The notes under the pieces are model-generated. The model had not been told where the DNA came from. It saw only the letters and a program-made list of their open reading frames with translations, and ran no database searches. The translations under genes were made by a program, and so were the position numbers. Positions 10,561 through 24,496 of a DNA stretch of 64,000 bases are shown here, one piece after another; position 1 is the first letter of the stretch, and each line of letters begins with the position of its first letter. Source of the DNA: Marsupella aquatica (Eukaryota; Plantae; Marchantiophyta); the NCBI GenBank assembly GCA_973895155.1, contig OZ316896.1, positions 2,046,001 to 2,110,000 of the forward strand, written 5' to 3'.

Positions 10561-13229
10561 ACCAGTCAACCTTAACACCCACCTTAACGTACCAGTGAAA
10601 ATTTGTGATCATGGCATAAGAATGATGACATTAGAGAAGATTCCTACACTTGTGAAGCAGTCAAATAGCCAAAGGTGGTGTCACAATCCAGACGTAAGAG
10701 GTTTGTCTTTTTGTTAGAAGGTCAATGTACGTACATGCCTGAGCTCTCTCAAATTCTATCTGACCATTTTGCATTATATATACACTAGCTTAACTACCCA
10801 TCCTTTGAATGTGAATAGAGGTGAGGATAAAAAGTGTTGACCCTCAATGACAGCAGTTGACCAAAGCTTTTTCAATTAATTGAAGAAGAGCTGGCCGTTT
10901 CATAATTGTAGCTCTCGACTCCCCGCTCAACTCTCAATGATAGCAGGCGGCCTCCCTAATTATCTATTTACTCCTCGAGGTTACGTCCACGGGAATACAC
11001 AAGAGATATTTATGAACTCTAAACCCGTCGGCCATACCAAGTCTCCATGTAATACAGTTTTCCCTATCTTTCAAGTGGCTCCGTAACAATTGTGAGCCTT
11101 AGTTTCCCTTATCCAAGCACACATTACTTATGATATAGTGTGCAATTTAGTTAACCTAACCACATTGGTGTACCTAAGGTCCGTGATGTTTTTGTACCTA
11201 ATCACGTTGTTGTACCTAGCTAACCATATTGTTGTACCAACCACGTCGTACCTAACCTAAACGTAAGAGTAAATACCTATATAACAATCCGGGCTATATT
11301 TTAAAAAAAAAAGACTTCAGGTAATGTCATCCTCTCCCTTTTTTCACAATCTTGTTTCTTAGCTTTATGGTTTTGAGTGACTTAAGTGTGAAGGTACCCG
11401 AAGTCATTTTGCGAGAAATATATGAATGGTCCACCACTTAATTTTTATGTGTTCTACAATCTTCTAGAAGCTAGAAAGTTATTTAATATTAGAAAAATGA
11501 CATGTGGGAAAGTCTTTCAAAATCTCTGCATGCCAACACTTATAAAGCCACGAGCTCTATCTGATGAGAAGTTTTTTGTATTCTTAATTCATTAACGAGC
11601 TAAACGGATTATTAGCCGACTCAGAAATCACAAGTACAGTAGTCATCCCACTTTTGGCTCATTAACTAAAGGAAGGGGCCTGACCAGTCCCAATGTTAAT
11701 CTAGTCTGATCAACCAGGACGTTCACACTTTCATGGGACTGATAGAGTCTGACAATCTGTTTGTTTACAATGTCACAGATTATTTGGCTTATCAGACAAG
11801 CTATCATTTGTTTCAAACACAATTATTACAAAGGTTCATCAAGTTGTTATTTGATTATCCCTCAAACAGGATAAAAACTATTATTTTGAACATCTTGACT
11901 GATACCTAAGTTAGGATCATTGTTCCAATTCTTACAACTAAACTTTAAGTTCCATCATGTATCCTGCAATTGTCTGTACATAGTTGATTGGCAGGTGTTT
12001 GGCACATATGTCAATGAAGCTGGGGTAAACGTCAACTGTCAAGCTGTATCCCTGATCCAGTAACTATGAAACGTTTGACTATGTATGCCTCACTGACATG
12101 AGGTAACATCGACGAGATTGATTGAATCGCTCGTGATCCCTTCTAGCCTACATCGGAATTCCAAATATATGCACCTATTGCTATCCAGAGGCCTACCACG
12201 CTGCACTGCTGATCCTGATGGTCGTCTGGATGAAAAGACAAGACCTGAAGAGACATGACCTGTGGCTTTCAATCGTTTGATTGGTTGGTTTGATCGACTC
12301 CAGATATGAGTGGCTTCGTGGACTGCGTCCGCTCAAGACAACATACGAGTAGACGGCACTGGTTCACCTGAGCCCCAAACGTATCTGAGTGTCGATTCAT
12401 GAGAAGGTATGTCAACGGGCCAGCTCTCCTTTGCAGAGTGTGAAATTGTCCTTTTGAGACATTCCTAAAAATTCAAAACTAAGACTCCAAAACCACACAC
12501 AGCTAGCTTTTTAGTTGCCAAGTCAATCACTAAAACACTTTGAATGAGTAGATGTTACGAACTCTTACTAGGCTCATATACGCAGCAGCAATACTGTACA
12601 GAAATCCACTGAATGATAGCAGCAGTGTATGTCTTCTAAACGTGATCTTTCACTAGTCTGCAAGCTCTGCAGCATGCACACTGTTTGATGTAACCTTACT
12701 TTTTTATAAAAATTCTTGCAGAACTCTGTCGCTAAGACGTCCGCTTTATGGTCTTGAACTGCTTCAGAGCACTTGCCGAAGATGAAGATGAACCCCTGAA
12801 TGCCCCTTGAGCCTTTAGGTCTCACAAAAACCATAATAAGGGGTCCACTGGACATTGTAAATAGACACGCCATCTTGAGACGACGAGGCAAGCGTAACAC
12901 GAGACAGCAGAAGGAAAAGATATCTCAATGAGCTGAGTTGGGAACCAGCACGCCAAAAATCAAAATATCACTTCATAATAATGAACTTGACCATTTTCTC
13001 ATAAGATATTGACATATGTAGTTCCAACCACAGTTGTTCCAGTGAGTCGCATATGACGACCTGGCTAGCGTAACTTACTCAGAGCCTCGAAGAACGGATG
13101 ATAAAAATTTATATTTTAGAAATCTGGTACAGAGACCGTTGAACTTCGTTGGTGAGTACATGGCAGAGCAACCACCTAGCAAACTAGCCGTGTAACATGG
13201 TAGATCGGAACGCTGTGGTGGGGCTCGCA

Positions 13230-15506
13230 TTAAGCCAACAAATGGTTTCCAGCAGAAACAATTTTAATCAATCTACTTAGATTCGAGAGTATGTGTCGTG
13301 GTCCAACAGACTCCACACCCAGCCGGTTCAACATTTGTTCTAAATCCTGCAACACAACCGCACCACTTATTAGTGGATAAAAACCAGAGACAGCAACTAC
13401 GATTGACATAAATTGGGAAACCTCCTGTCACACAATTCGCTGTCTTTGGTGTCGCAATTACCTTGTTCAGCAGAAATATTGCATAAGCTGCTCTTGTTGG
13501 GTCTTGACCTTCTGAGAACAGTGGGAACTCTACAATAGGTTTACTTGGCGGCAATGTAATTGGCCCAACAGCAACTGTCGTAGGCTCTGTTGCAGGGCAA
13601 TGGTCCTGGATATAAGACCGAGAAGCTCCCAAACGCACAGGATACCGCAGTTGAACATCCAAGTATGAAGCCACTAGAGACACAACCTGTGTGAAACCAG
13701 TAAACCACCTTGGAAATCTGAACTTTCTAGCGCGAGGTTGCTTTTAAAAATGAAAAGGTATAGGCAACAAAATTGCTAGTGGACTAAAATCAAATACTAA
13801 AACGAGAGTGCTTAAAGAAATCAAATTCTTACATTTCCAACATAACCAAGAGCTGTTGCAGAGGTTTCATAATCGATTTTTTCATTAAGAAGTCCAGGTT
13901 GCTTCTTTGCTGGGACAGATAATTGTAAGCCAGCGATAGCGATTGACAACTCATCCACTGAGCTAGGGAGTGAATCACCAACTGCAGGCCATGATTGATG
14001 TCAGTAATTTTTATATAAAGTCCGGCCTAGAAAAATCACCACCCATCCTCAGGGCTCCAACCGAAACCAAATAAATTTCCATAACAGAAGTGCAAAAAAG
14101 TACAAAGTGGAAGAGCCGCTTAGGTTATGCTTAAAACGCTAGTGTCGGACTGCTTCCTTAATGTTCAGATACCATTTATCCAGTATCTCGTTTGTTGCTT
14201 TATGACTTATAAGGGTCCACAGTATGCAATTGGATGGAAAGCCCAACAAGAACCCGAAGCTTGAAATATGGACAGTATCATGTACGGATTCAACAGTTTT
14301 GCCTTAATTGAGAATCTTTGTAGACTTGTAGGTGAGCGGGAGTAGGAATGCGGGTAGAGATCGGATGTGCCGCTGATCAGGAGTGCTTCAAAAAAGAGTG
14401 AGAAGCACATCGAGATAGCACATAGGAAATATATCCTATGAGCAACTGAGAAACCGACAAAGGAAAAAACTAACCTGATTCTTGAAGGTGTGAAATGATG
14501 GGATCATTTGATTTTTGATTTGATGAAGTCCCCTTAGAGGCATTTGTACTAATTGGATATACAGCCGTCACATGCCCAACTAGTTCACGTCGTCTTCCAT
14601 CAAGCAGTTTTTTAAGTTGAAGTAGGCGTCCATGGCCTCCCTCGCCTGCCAGTAACCTATCAGCCTCCTGCATGTATGGGTCAACCGGGCCAAAATCCAC
14701 GACTTCATCTGAGTTGAAATTTCATTCCCATTATCACCACGGTCCTAGGAAGCTCAGATATCAGACAAACAACAAGATTCATCAACCAGGGAAGTGATTA
14801 TTTTGAACCCTACCTTTATACGACCTTGGGCGGCAGCCAGAGCCTTTGCAGAAAGGAATAACCTTTGAGCTGAAGGTAAGAGGCTTTCTCTTGCCGTAGT
14901 CAGCTCCTCAGTCACATTATGTAACGAGGCAATTGCATCCTTTAAGTTGCCTTGCTTCTCGAGGAGACGCCTCTTCATTGCTTCTAAGGTATCAACGCGC
15001 ATCGCAGATTGCGTGCCAATCTGCCGGTGACCATGCACATTTCATGCCAAGTTTAATCTCATGAATCTCAATTGGCCTCATATGCTGCTGTCAGCTGGGC
15101 GCTAACAGTTCTTTCGCTGTGCCCGGTTGCCGGCTCTATGTACTTTTTCAATTATTGAAAAACCGCTCCGAAAACAAACCAGCTGACTAGCGAAAGAACA
15201 AAACATTGGGGGAAAGATGCTGACGTAGAGAGAACTCTGCCGTAGACTAACAGCTAGAGAGATCACGCGAGACATCACCTCAATAGCAGCTTCAAGTTTC
15301 TCCGAGAGAGCCAATTTCTTAGCCCGGAGTTTGGAAAGGTTCACGGCAACGCCTCCGAGACGGACAAAAGCATCGTGAAAATCCTCCCAATCCACAACCT
15401 TCACTTCCTTGTCCTCCACCACATCTGCCGCCTCCTCCTCGCCCCAAGTGCTGCTGGTGCTGCTTGTGTTCGATTTTCCCCCCTCTCCAGGGTCCAGTGT
15501 GCCCAT
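13230..15506 (-). CDS. VPS38: UV radiation resistance-associated protein / VPS38 (PI3K complex II subunit), about 372 aa, 6 exons
   Basis: Exons 15506-15279, 15020-14814, 14667-14475, 13981-13833, 13686-13462, 13346-13230 (1119 nt, in frame). Motifs VVDWEDF, coiled coil, SATALGYV, YLDVQLRYPVRLGASRSYI, EFPLFSEGQDPTRAAYAIFLLNK|DLEQML..GPRHILSNL match plant VPS38/UVRAG. Confidence 0.92.
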
Positions 15507-16234
15507 ACCGAGCTATTTCCAAAGCTCCAGACCTCATATCTTTCAGCTCCAATCTAGACCTTCTCATCTACATTCATCCTATTCAATCACATACACTAGA
15601 TCGGACCAATCCAATTAACCTCCGAGCAAAATCCATCACCCGCACAATTCCTCAACACGAAGAATTCGCTGCTTCCAGAGACGGATATTTGAATGCCCCT
15701 GCTACGAACTCGATTCAACTCGCTGCAGTACTCATCACAAACCTCCAGCCAAGCTTTCTAATCATTCCCGAGCAAAGCGAGGGCTCTCCAGAACAAAGTC
15801 GTCCGGCCGAAGGAAAGAGGCAAGGATCACAGGGGGACATCTCGGGCACAGGTTAGACCCGCATGTCGCAACAAAAGCTCTGCAGCAGAAGCGGCGTGGT
15901 TCGTCAAAGGAGCAAACTAATTGATCGAAAGCAGAATAATGCGGACAGAAGAGTGCAATGTTATTTTGTCATTACCTAAGTGATCACTCGCAGGTATTCC
16001 TCCATGAGATAACAAACAAGAATTGAGAACCGAGAGCTGACGTGAGAACGGAAACTCTGGTAAAGATACAATCATACGAAGCAAAAGCAACATCCCAAAC
16101 ACCTCAACCTCACTGACTAAGAAAAATGTAATCCTAACCCAGGCATCACCCTAAAGCATTCCACGTAAATTTACGAGCACTTGAGTTGAGTTTAGCTCGA
16201 AATTTGTTATGGTATTTGCATGGAACGAACATGA

Positions 16235-17454
16235 ATGGATAATGGCGATCGTGTAGCCAACAGACTAACAAGGTTTGCCAAGTCAACAAGAACAGGGTTA
16301 AGTGCCAGAAGAAACCCAATAGTTAGTGGAAGTGGTCATCCTTACCCCGATGCGTATGGTGCTTACGGCACACAAGTTCCTGCGTGGATATCATCCGTAT
16401 GTGGTCCAGGACGAAGATCCTGGAGCTTTGACATCGGCCGTTTGGGATGGTGCAGCCGAAACAAAAGGGCGCTGATCAACTGCCAACGGGAGGGATCAAT
16501 GTCCCCGCTTGTTGCCGTCCCTACTACACACATGAGCTCCCTCCCATCCACCTTTCGAATTCTGTCAACTTCCGTGACTCGCTCTTGGTTAGATGCTCTC
16601 TCTCACCCAACAGCACCGTAAACCATAGCTGTTGTCTTTTTCTTCCTCTTCAAGCACTCCCTCCTTCGACTCCTAACTGTCCTCATCAGTCCACCTCGGA
16701 CATTTTGCCGCTGCTTACACTAGCAATGCCTTCCGCAAGACGTTCAACGAGTACTTAGAACGAACAGAACGCTCCTCACCCACGCCTTAGGGTTACAGTA
16801 ACGGTAGAGACGAAGATTGGTACAACTCGTATCAACGCTGATACTCGTAGAGAGAAACCACGAACACGAAATGTTATTATAAATCAATTTCGACAGCTGT
16901 ATGAAGGCCACGGTTGTCGACTCAAGGAACAGAAAAGGTCCTTGCTGTTTTGCTTTCCAAGCAATACTTTCTTTGTCGGTCCCAATGTTCTGCATGTGCT
17001 TTAGCAAGAGCCAGTCCTGCACGATGCGAAATCTGGAGGAACCATTCGATCACCCACAGAGAGAATGCTTCTCACCACTGGTACCGTTCTCTTCAAGCTC
17101 AAGACCAAATCGACCACCCAGCGAGCGAGACAGAGGTTGTTGTTCACCTTTGATAGAGTTTCTCTTCAAGATTCAGAACAAATCGATCATAGCCTAAGTC
17201 ATTACGCTTCTCCTGCTCGTGCATCCTTCATCTTCCGTGTGCACTTTCCATCAGGGCTCGATGAGTTGTGCTGCTGCGGGGATTTCAGAAGGAACCCATA
17301 CCTTCGTGATGTAACACAAAGACGAGAAGGCGATTCTTTACAGTTCAAAGTTGTGGAGCAGGGAGCTAATGTAATTATCCATCCTGGATGTGACTCTACT
17401 GTGCATAATCTGGATGTGAATCTACTATTCAAGGCCCATGGAATCTCCATGTGA
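16235..17454 (-). mobile_element. Degenerate coding-like remnant, possibly retroelement (L1-like) derived
   Basis: Cluster of short broken ORFs with coding-like composition and a weak L1-like IAWK..KQQG motif; abuts a repeat block at 17460. No diagnostic RT motif seen. Confidence 0.25.
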
Positions 17455-17459
17455 ATCTA

Positions 17460-18180
17460 GCGTTCATGGTCTATTGTCTAGAGTGAAGCATTGAAGGCTC
17501 TAGACTTGTGACTCCAAGGTGTGGTTGGAAAATGGGATTGGCTGTATTGTCTAGAATGGAGCACTCGAGACTCTAGACTTGTGACTCGAGGGGGTGGGTG
17601 TATGTGGAAAATAAGGATTGGGGAAGAGTGAGTTTGTAAAAGTGTGAAAATGGGGTTTGGCTGTATTGTCTAGAATGGAGCACTGGAGACTCTAGACTCA
17701 AGCGGGTGGGTGTCTATGGAAAATTATGATCGGGGAAGAGTGAGTTTGTAAAAGTGAGTCATATAATGGGTCATATAACTATTTATAGTCTCAATGTGAC
17801 CTTACTCTTCAGGGCATGTAGTCTAGAGATTGAACTCTTAGTATTAACTCTTAGGTCTAGAGTTACGACTATACTGCAGTTAGGGTTAACCTTAGTCATA
17901 GATTAGTCATGTTGACCACACACTATACCCAAGCAATGTTTGTTTGGATAGAGGGAATTCAGACTCATTGTTACGAAACCAGTTGAGAGAAAGGGTGAGC
18001 TTGTGTTGTGGATGTTTGGTATAGTTGGTCAACTTAGAGTGCAGTAAAGCTTTTGTGGTTTCCCATGGACATAGCCTCATGTGGAGGTGAATCATCATGT
18101 ATCTATCTGTGTCAACTATTTGATCGTTGGATGGTTCTGGGAGCCGTTGTGAATGTCGTCAATGCTCAACATGAAGCCTC
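17460..18180. repeat. LTR-like dispersed repeat with internal direct repeats; homologous to 62320-62700
   Basis: Three copies of a TATTGTCTAGA..CTCTAGACT unit (about 17470, 17545, 17662). 17845-18170 aligns by eye with 62320-62700 (CTCTTAGGTCTAGAG..AACCTTAGTC..CCCAAGCAATGTTTG..CCAGTTGAGAG..GTAAAGCT..GAGGTGAATCA..CGTTGGATG). Confidence 0.7.
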
Positions 18181-20461
18181 TAACATGACTGTGGAGGCAT
18201 AACTGAAGTTGGTGATGAATAATACGGGTGGAAAATTGAAGTTGGGGATATGGTGAGTCTTGTGAGGAGTCAGCGAGTCTTTGAGAGGAGTCATTGGAAA
18301 CCAACACTACATGGGAATGAGGACTTGGTTTTGGAGCTCAAAACAAGAATGATCATTTTCATTTGACCTTGTTCCTCAACATGTAATTCTAAAGTGTTTT
18401 TGGTTTATATCACAATAAAATATGTCCAAGCCAGGAGAACCAAGTCCGTCACCAAAGAGCCTGGTTTTTCACCTAATGATGGTGGCTTTAAACCACCACT
18501 GGCCATATAAAAGGAGAAGTGTCCAAGACTTCTCCCTTGTTCACATTCCTCTCCTCTAGGGTGAAACTTTGTTTCACAATGTCAAGAAAAAAGTACTAAC
18601 CTGGGGGCAGATTATTATTTTTCTGGTCTCCAAGATGTGATGGTAATTTGGGAAGTTAGTGCTACATTTCACTTTACAAATTTTGGGGGTTGTTCACATG
18701 GAATTAAGGGGGGGGGGGGGCTAGTTATATGGAGCACATTTTTGTCCAAGTTTTTGGATCACCTATGTTGGAGGTCTGTTCATCTGGCCGCTTGGTCCAT
18801 TCTTACTAAAAGGAATCTTTTGCATTAAAAGTGGACTCACAAGTCCCTTATCAGATCATCTTCTGCTGGAGGAAGGAGGGTGCTATGAAAGTAGTGAAAC
18901 AGCCCCTGATGTCTTGTAAAGCCACCCTGAGTATTGGCTTATATATCACAATAAAAATTGAATGCCTCCACGTCTGTTATTTGGATTGTTCCATGTTTTG
19001 TTTCATGCAAAAGTACCCTACCACTATTGTCTTGCCCTCAATACACATTGTTTGCATATGATTGAGATCCCACTATTAGACTTCACTTAGTTTAATCAAG
19101 AAATTATCCAATGATCTTGGTGGCCCGGGGAGGGGGGTGAATTTGGGGCTTGGCGGCCGGCACATACAGAGAACTCCATGTCTTCTTGCAAACACTCAAA
19201 GTGTGCATCGAGTGCTTTGTGACAACCACACTCTGTACTTGAATCAACTGACCAGGCAAACAATTTTAAAGCTTGACATATGCCTCAGTATTGCTATCTA
19301 ATCCACATAGGTAGAGAAATCCACATAGAACGTTCTTGGAGAATTTACCACTCTTGACAATGCTTCAATCTTCACAATCTGTCTCCCAAAACTCTGACGT
19401 GCTAAACTTTTGCTTTGTGCTCAAGTTACTTGCCATGCACTCAATTGTTGAAAACATAGATCCTAGCTAGAGAAGATCTCCTTGATCTAACTTGAGCAAT
19501 ACAACATGGGCACAAAGCATAAGTTACTTGCCATACACTCTCTTGTTGAAAACATAGATCCTACTATGTGTTGAGCAGCTACAGAATCATCATATTCATA
19601 GTGCATAATATTGGTGGAGATATGGCTTCAAAAGACATTTTGCAACATTCATCCGAGTCTGATCATCCCCTTGAACTCGTAACTTCTATCATTAGTTTCC
19701 AGGACTATGGTATTCGATTGTCCATTCTCTATGGATTGCTTTCAATGGAGGAAGAGAATCCCAGAAGAGATTCGACATCTGAAAGTTTGGGAAATGTCGT
19801 GTCAAATTTAAAATAGTATTAAGCGCATCAAACGGAAACTTGTGTTACAATGAGGACTGAATTGATTGAAATTTGCTGAATAGGTTGAATGGAACTGCCT
19901 ACTGTGTAAGGCTTAGGGAATATGGGCTCTTTCAAAGCTTGATCAGTCAGCGATGCAGGCTAAGACTGGGATCTGATCAGCTGAGAGCAATGAATTTTTC
20001 TATCAATGGATGTGTTGGCGCCTCTCGGAAAATTCGGCAGTAATCTCCGACGACTTAAGTCACGTCATGTGGGCCTCATGGCGTGCGGATCCTATCTCTG
20101 TCTCTCTCTGTATCTAATCTAAATATCTGCTGTAGTTCTCTACATCATCTAGTTAATGATGAACTTCTTTCTAAAACTACACACTGTGTTCTGGTGTGAG
20201 GTTTCAAGACCAGACAGGGCCCATCCCGTTACCCCACACAGATCCTTGCTAGATATCTTACGATAGATTTATCTGTCGATGAATGGATTACAACGTGCTA
20301 CACTTTACAGTCCTGGCTTGCTATAGTGGATGAATGAATTGAACCTCGTCAAAATTCTGTCGTTGGATCTGTACAGCATGATGACTGACTCAGAAGGAGG
20401 ATCGTATCAGAACGATTTGTAAAGGGTATTCATCAAAGACAGTCCGCAAAGCAGCCACAGG

Positions 20462-23400
20462 CTAGCCAAAATTGTTTAGGCATGCTGCAAGCGCCTGCTT
20501 CACTTCAGCACAGACTGCTGATTGACCAGCTGCGTTTTTCCGTTTAACCTGCACATTGTAGGATGAATGTGTTAGATTTGATTCACGATACCTGGAACAC
20601 CCGAATGTTCGCAATTCAAACTTCATGATGATGATATACATTACAAAATATGACAGCCCAGATTTGTTTTAACGAAACCCGTGGATGTCAATGTCCCTAA
20701 ATGAGCTGAGGGACCATTCCCATTGAGCTCAAGTACATTCAAATCAATTGGGGTTGGTGCATTTGGAATAGCAAATTGAGTTTCTGCAATTCATGTACAA
20801 AATAAGTAGCAAATTCATTGCGTAAAAATGGGAACGACTCAGTGAAGCTTGTCAAAAGACCTGGACGTTACCTTGACTATTATGCTGGCGTGGATCCGGT
20901 TGTCATTTACAGCCACATTGAAATTAATAACGGTCAATTGCATCTCTTTAAGACATGCAAAGATATGCATGGCAGTGTCCGGCGGGGTACAGGGGCTCCT
21001 TATTTCAATTGTGAGATTGCCAACTCCGTCGGGCGAAACCTGAATCTTGTCCTCCTCTGTTGGAGAAAGTTTACTCGGGCTACCCTTCGCCTTGGTGCTC
21101 ATACGAGGATCGACAGTGGACGATTGATATTGTTCTGCCCCTAATAGCTGGTTCGTCAAGCTGTGATTACTCTGTTCTAGATCCTTCACCCGCATCTTCA
21201 ATTCGTGGATGTAAGTTATGGTGGCTTCCAGAAGCGAAGCCTTGTCCATCTGCATGTATCGACCACGAGAAGGTTAGTTTGTAGCGATACTCCGACCTCT
21301 ACAGCCAACTAGTGCTTGTCTTGGACTCTAGACTGTAGGTGGGATCTAGATTCAGCTCTAATAGACTGCACGTAATATCGTAGTTCAAATTTCATCACAT
21401 GTATAGAAGAGGTAGGACAACAAAAGTTTAATCGTCGATGAATGAGCATCGTCAATCAGTGTTAAGACTCAATTCTGGTTCTTTGTTATTTCCTTATCCA
21501 AATCAGGCTATAAAATAGAAAATCTTCTTGGAATTGAATGGAACAGTTTTCCTGGACGAAACATTATATCTCAAGTTCACAATAGCTGAGTCTAATTCTG
21601 AACCTCGAAAGTTTCAGAAAGCTCTATTGACCGTTACTTTGAGAACTTCACTTTCTGAGGCAACCACCACGGAGTTTTCCATTGACATAGACAACAATAT
21701 CCGGTTTCAAAATTGACCTTTCTCGGGTTATTCAAATGCAGAATCAAACTAAACAAGAACAGTTTCTTAGCCGAGAGCAGACTTTGAGTCTTGCGCTGAG
21801 GACTCGGACGTAACCGGGATTGAATAAATGTTAGTCTTCAGCTTCTCGATTCATGTTGAACAAGCAACTCAAACGGAGGATAACGATTGGAGGGAATGAA
21901 ATTAAGAATTCAGTGCTGTTCCATACCTTGCCTGCACTTGGAATGAGGAATTTGAGCTGACTAAAGTTTTCGTTCTGCTTGTTTCTTCGTCTTCGCTCCG
22001 CAAGCATATGCGACACTGCAGCCTCGTCATGCTCCTGCGGAAGAGGTTCAGCTACCTGACCCGCAGCGTTGCCCAACTGCAGGACATTCCCGAACTGTAC
22101 CAGCCTGGGAGTTGCATCCGCATCCGTCGATGGCCCTAGCTTCAGGTCCTGCTGTGGATTCTGCTCCGGAAGGCTTGACTGCTGCCTCTCCAATCGCATA
22201 GTTCTCTGTGCCTGGGAGTGCCCTCCAGGTGTGCCCCCGCCATGTTGCAGTAAGTCGACGACCGGCTGCTGCTGCTCTTTTTGAGAACTGCTGATGGTGG
22301 AGGAGATCCTTGCGTGGATGCCAAAACTATGTCGGGAATAAGGAACATTGCTGTCAGGGGAAGTTTCTTTCGATGAGGGACCGGAGCCCCGCAGACCTCT
22401 ACCTCTCCAGGTGCTCTCGGATTCTCCAGCCATTGTCGTGCTGCTGCTGCCGCCACCGGTACCACCACCACCTCCACCACGGGGAACATTGTCCATTTCC
22501 GAAATATGACAGTCGGCGTAGCTCTCGAGAATTGCCGAGGAAATTTCGGTCTCTTCCACGTTCTGGGACCTGAGGCTCATCGAGCTCATAGAAGAAGATC
22601 CTCTTAGAGATGCTCCAGTTACTGCACCTAGGAAACCCTGTTGCTGCTCCTGATCAGCGGATTCAGCAGCCATAAGTTGCTCGAGCGTGCTAGAGAAAGG
22701 AAGTAGTTGCCCGATGTCATCATTCGGGGCCATAATTTCTTCCAGACGTGAGGATGTAGCTGACGAGCTTCCAGGTAAATCGCGGAATGCGATGTCAAGG
22801 GTTGAGGTGGCTTCAGCCATTGATGTCCAGCTCTGGAATGCGTTCATTTCCATCTGTGACATTGCGGACTCCGTGGCCCACGATGATGTTAATCTGTCCC
22901 CGGGACTTGGCTCTGCTGATCCAGGCAATTCAGGAATCCCCACCGAAAGCTGCAGTGGTACCGAGTTTAATCTACCTTGAGCTACCTGTCTGGCAAAAAT
23001 GTCCTCGTGCTCTACAGACTGCAACAATTCTGAATAAATGTTCGGGCCCATCTGCCGCTGCTGCGCTTTGGGATGTACAGCTCCTTCAAAGCTCGACGGA
23101 GAGAAGTTTGTAGTGTACTTTCTCGCCGATTCCAATGGAATTTCGTCCGCCATGGCAACAGATGATAGAGGATGAGTAATTTCATATGACGCTCGCATTT
23201 GCCCGCGAAACAGGTCTGATGCTGACTGATGAGCGTCTGGTTGTGGGATACGAGCCGCCGTGTTTTCGTGGATTAAATGTGGTAATCCATCAGCCAGGAG
23301 GTGGAGCAGGTGCCTTTTGATCTCGTGTGCCAAGTCCTCACTCTCTCGCACCTGCGCATTCACGCCGACAAATTAATTAGCTACAATTCCAAAGGCAAGA

Positions 23401-24496
23401 CTCAAAAAGAGCATGATAAATCATAGTCAGAAGCACTAGACAACTCGAGAACTTCTCGGCATACTGAATTTCAAGACCCAGGCTCGAGGTGCCTAAGTTA
23501 AATACTTTGCGGACCAGACAGCGATTTTCAATTTTCGAAATGTCGTTGACAGAATCGTAATCTCCACCTTCGAATGGATCTTTGACCTCTGAGAAAATCA
23601 GTTCAACAGAATTGAAGTTCAATTTGCGGAAGGATTTCGAAATATTTTACCCTGCTGACAGTGCCTAACTCCAGCACATACGAGCTCGATGGAAGGCCGA
23701 GAGGAAGGCATACTATGGTCTGAATGCCAGCTGCCTTTAAAAAGCGGGTCTGATTCTCCACTGGGAGCTCCAAGCTATCCAGGTTATCTCCGCTCAACCA
23801 AAGGATGCTGTTGGTCATATGCGCAAGAGCATGACCTGCGAATCTGTCATTTCACAGTCCGGTCAAATAATTTTAGAATAAAATTTACTTCCCACGAATT
23901 CAAACGTTCGAATAATCACTCCGAAAAATCTCAACACAGAATTAATTGCAAAGCAAGAACGAATTGATGATGCGCGATGATCTATACCCGACTCCTGGAG
24001 TGAAGGTGCAAGAGCTGTATAAGGAGTGGAAGAGCACAGCGTTGGCATCGTCGTTGCTCCGCATGTGAAAGTACCCTTGCTTCCAAATCAAGTTCCTGCA
24101 ACCGACGCGACCCACGATCGACAACGTCACATTGTGAGATTTGAGAGAAATGCTTCTGTCAACGAATTTGAATTCAACAATGACTACGAACTAAAGGCAA
24201 GTCTAAAGTCATGGAACGAAGTCATCCAAGTTGAGTCCTTCAGTCCTTCGAATCAAATTAACCACAGTGGAATCAACGATGAACCGGCTGATATATTCAC
24301 ATTGATTCGTTTGTTTAGATCGTCGGCACTCAAAATGAAAAAAAAAAAACAAGCACTTAGATAATGAACGAACGAACCTGCCATCAGCAGTCAATGTCCA
24401 CAGCGCAGCGTAAGACCAGTCAAGGGTGCATACAATCTTCCGCAACAAGTCCCACCAAGTGGTGTTCAATTCGGCCATATTGTGCTCCACAGCCAT
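20462..24496 (-). CDS. bHLH transcription factor, subgroup III (IIIf/R-TT8-like architecture): bHLH-MYC_N + bHLH + ACT-like domain, about 769 aa
   Basis: Exons 24496-24378, 24095-23988, 23843-23651, 23351-21927, 21249-20872, 20548-20462 (2310 nt, in frame). MYC_N motifs WSYAALW, LIWKQGYF, AGIQTIVCLP, VLELGT; bHLH SHMLAERRRRNKQNENFSQLKFLIPSAGK|MDKASLLEATITYIHELKMRVKDLE; C-terminal ACT-like region. Confidence 0.9.
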
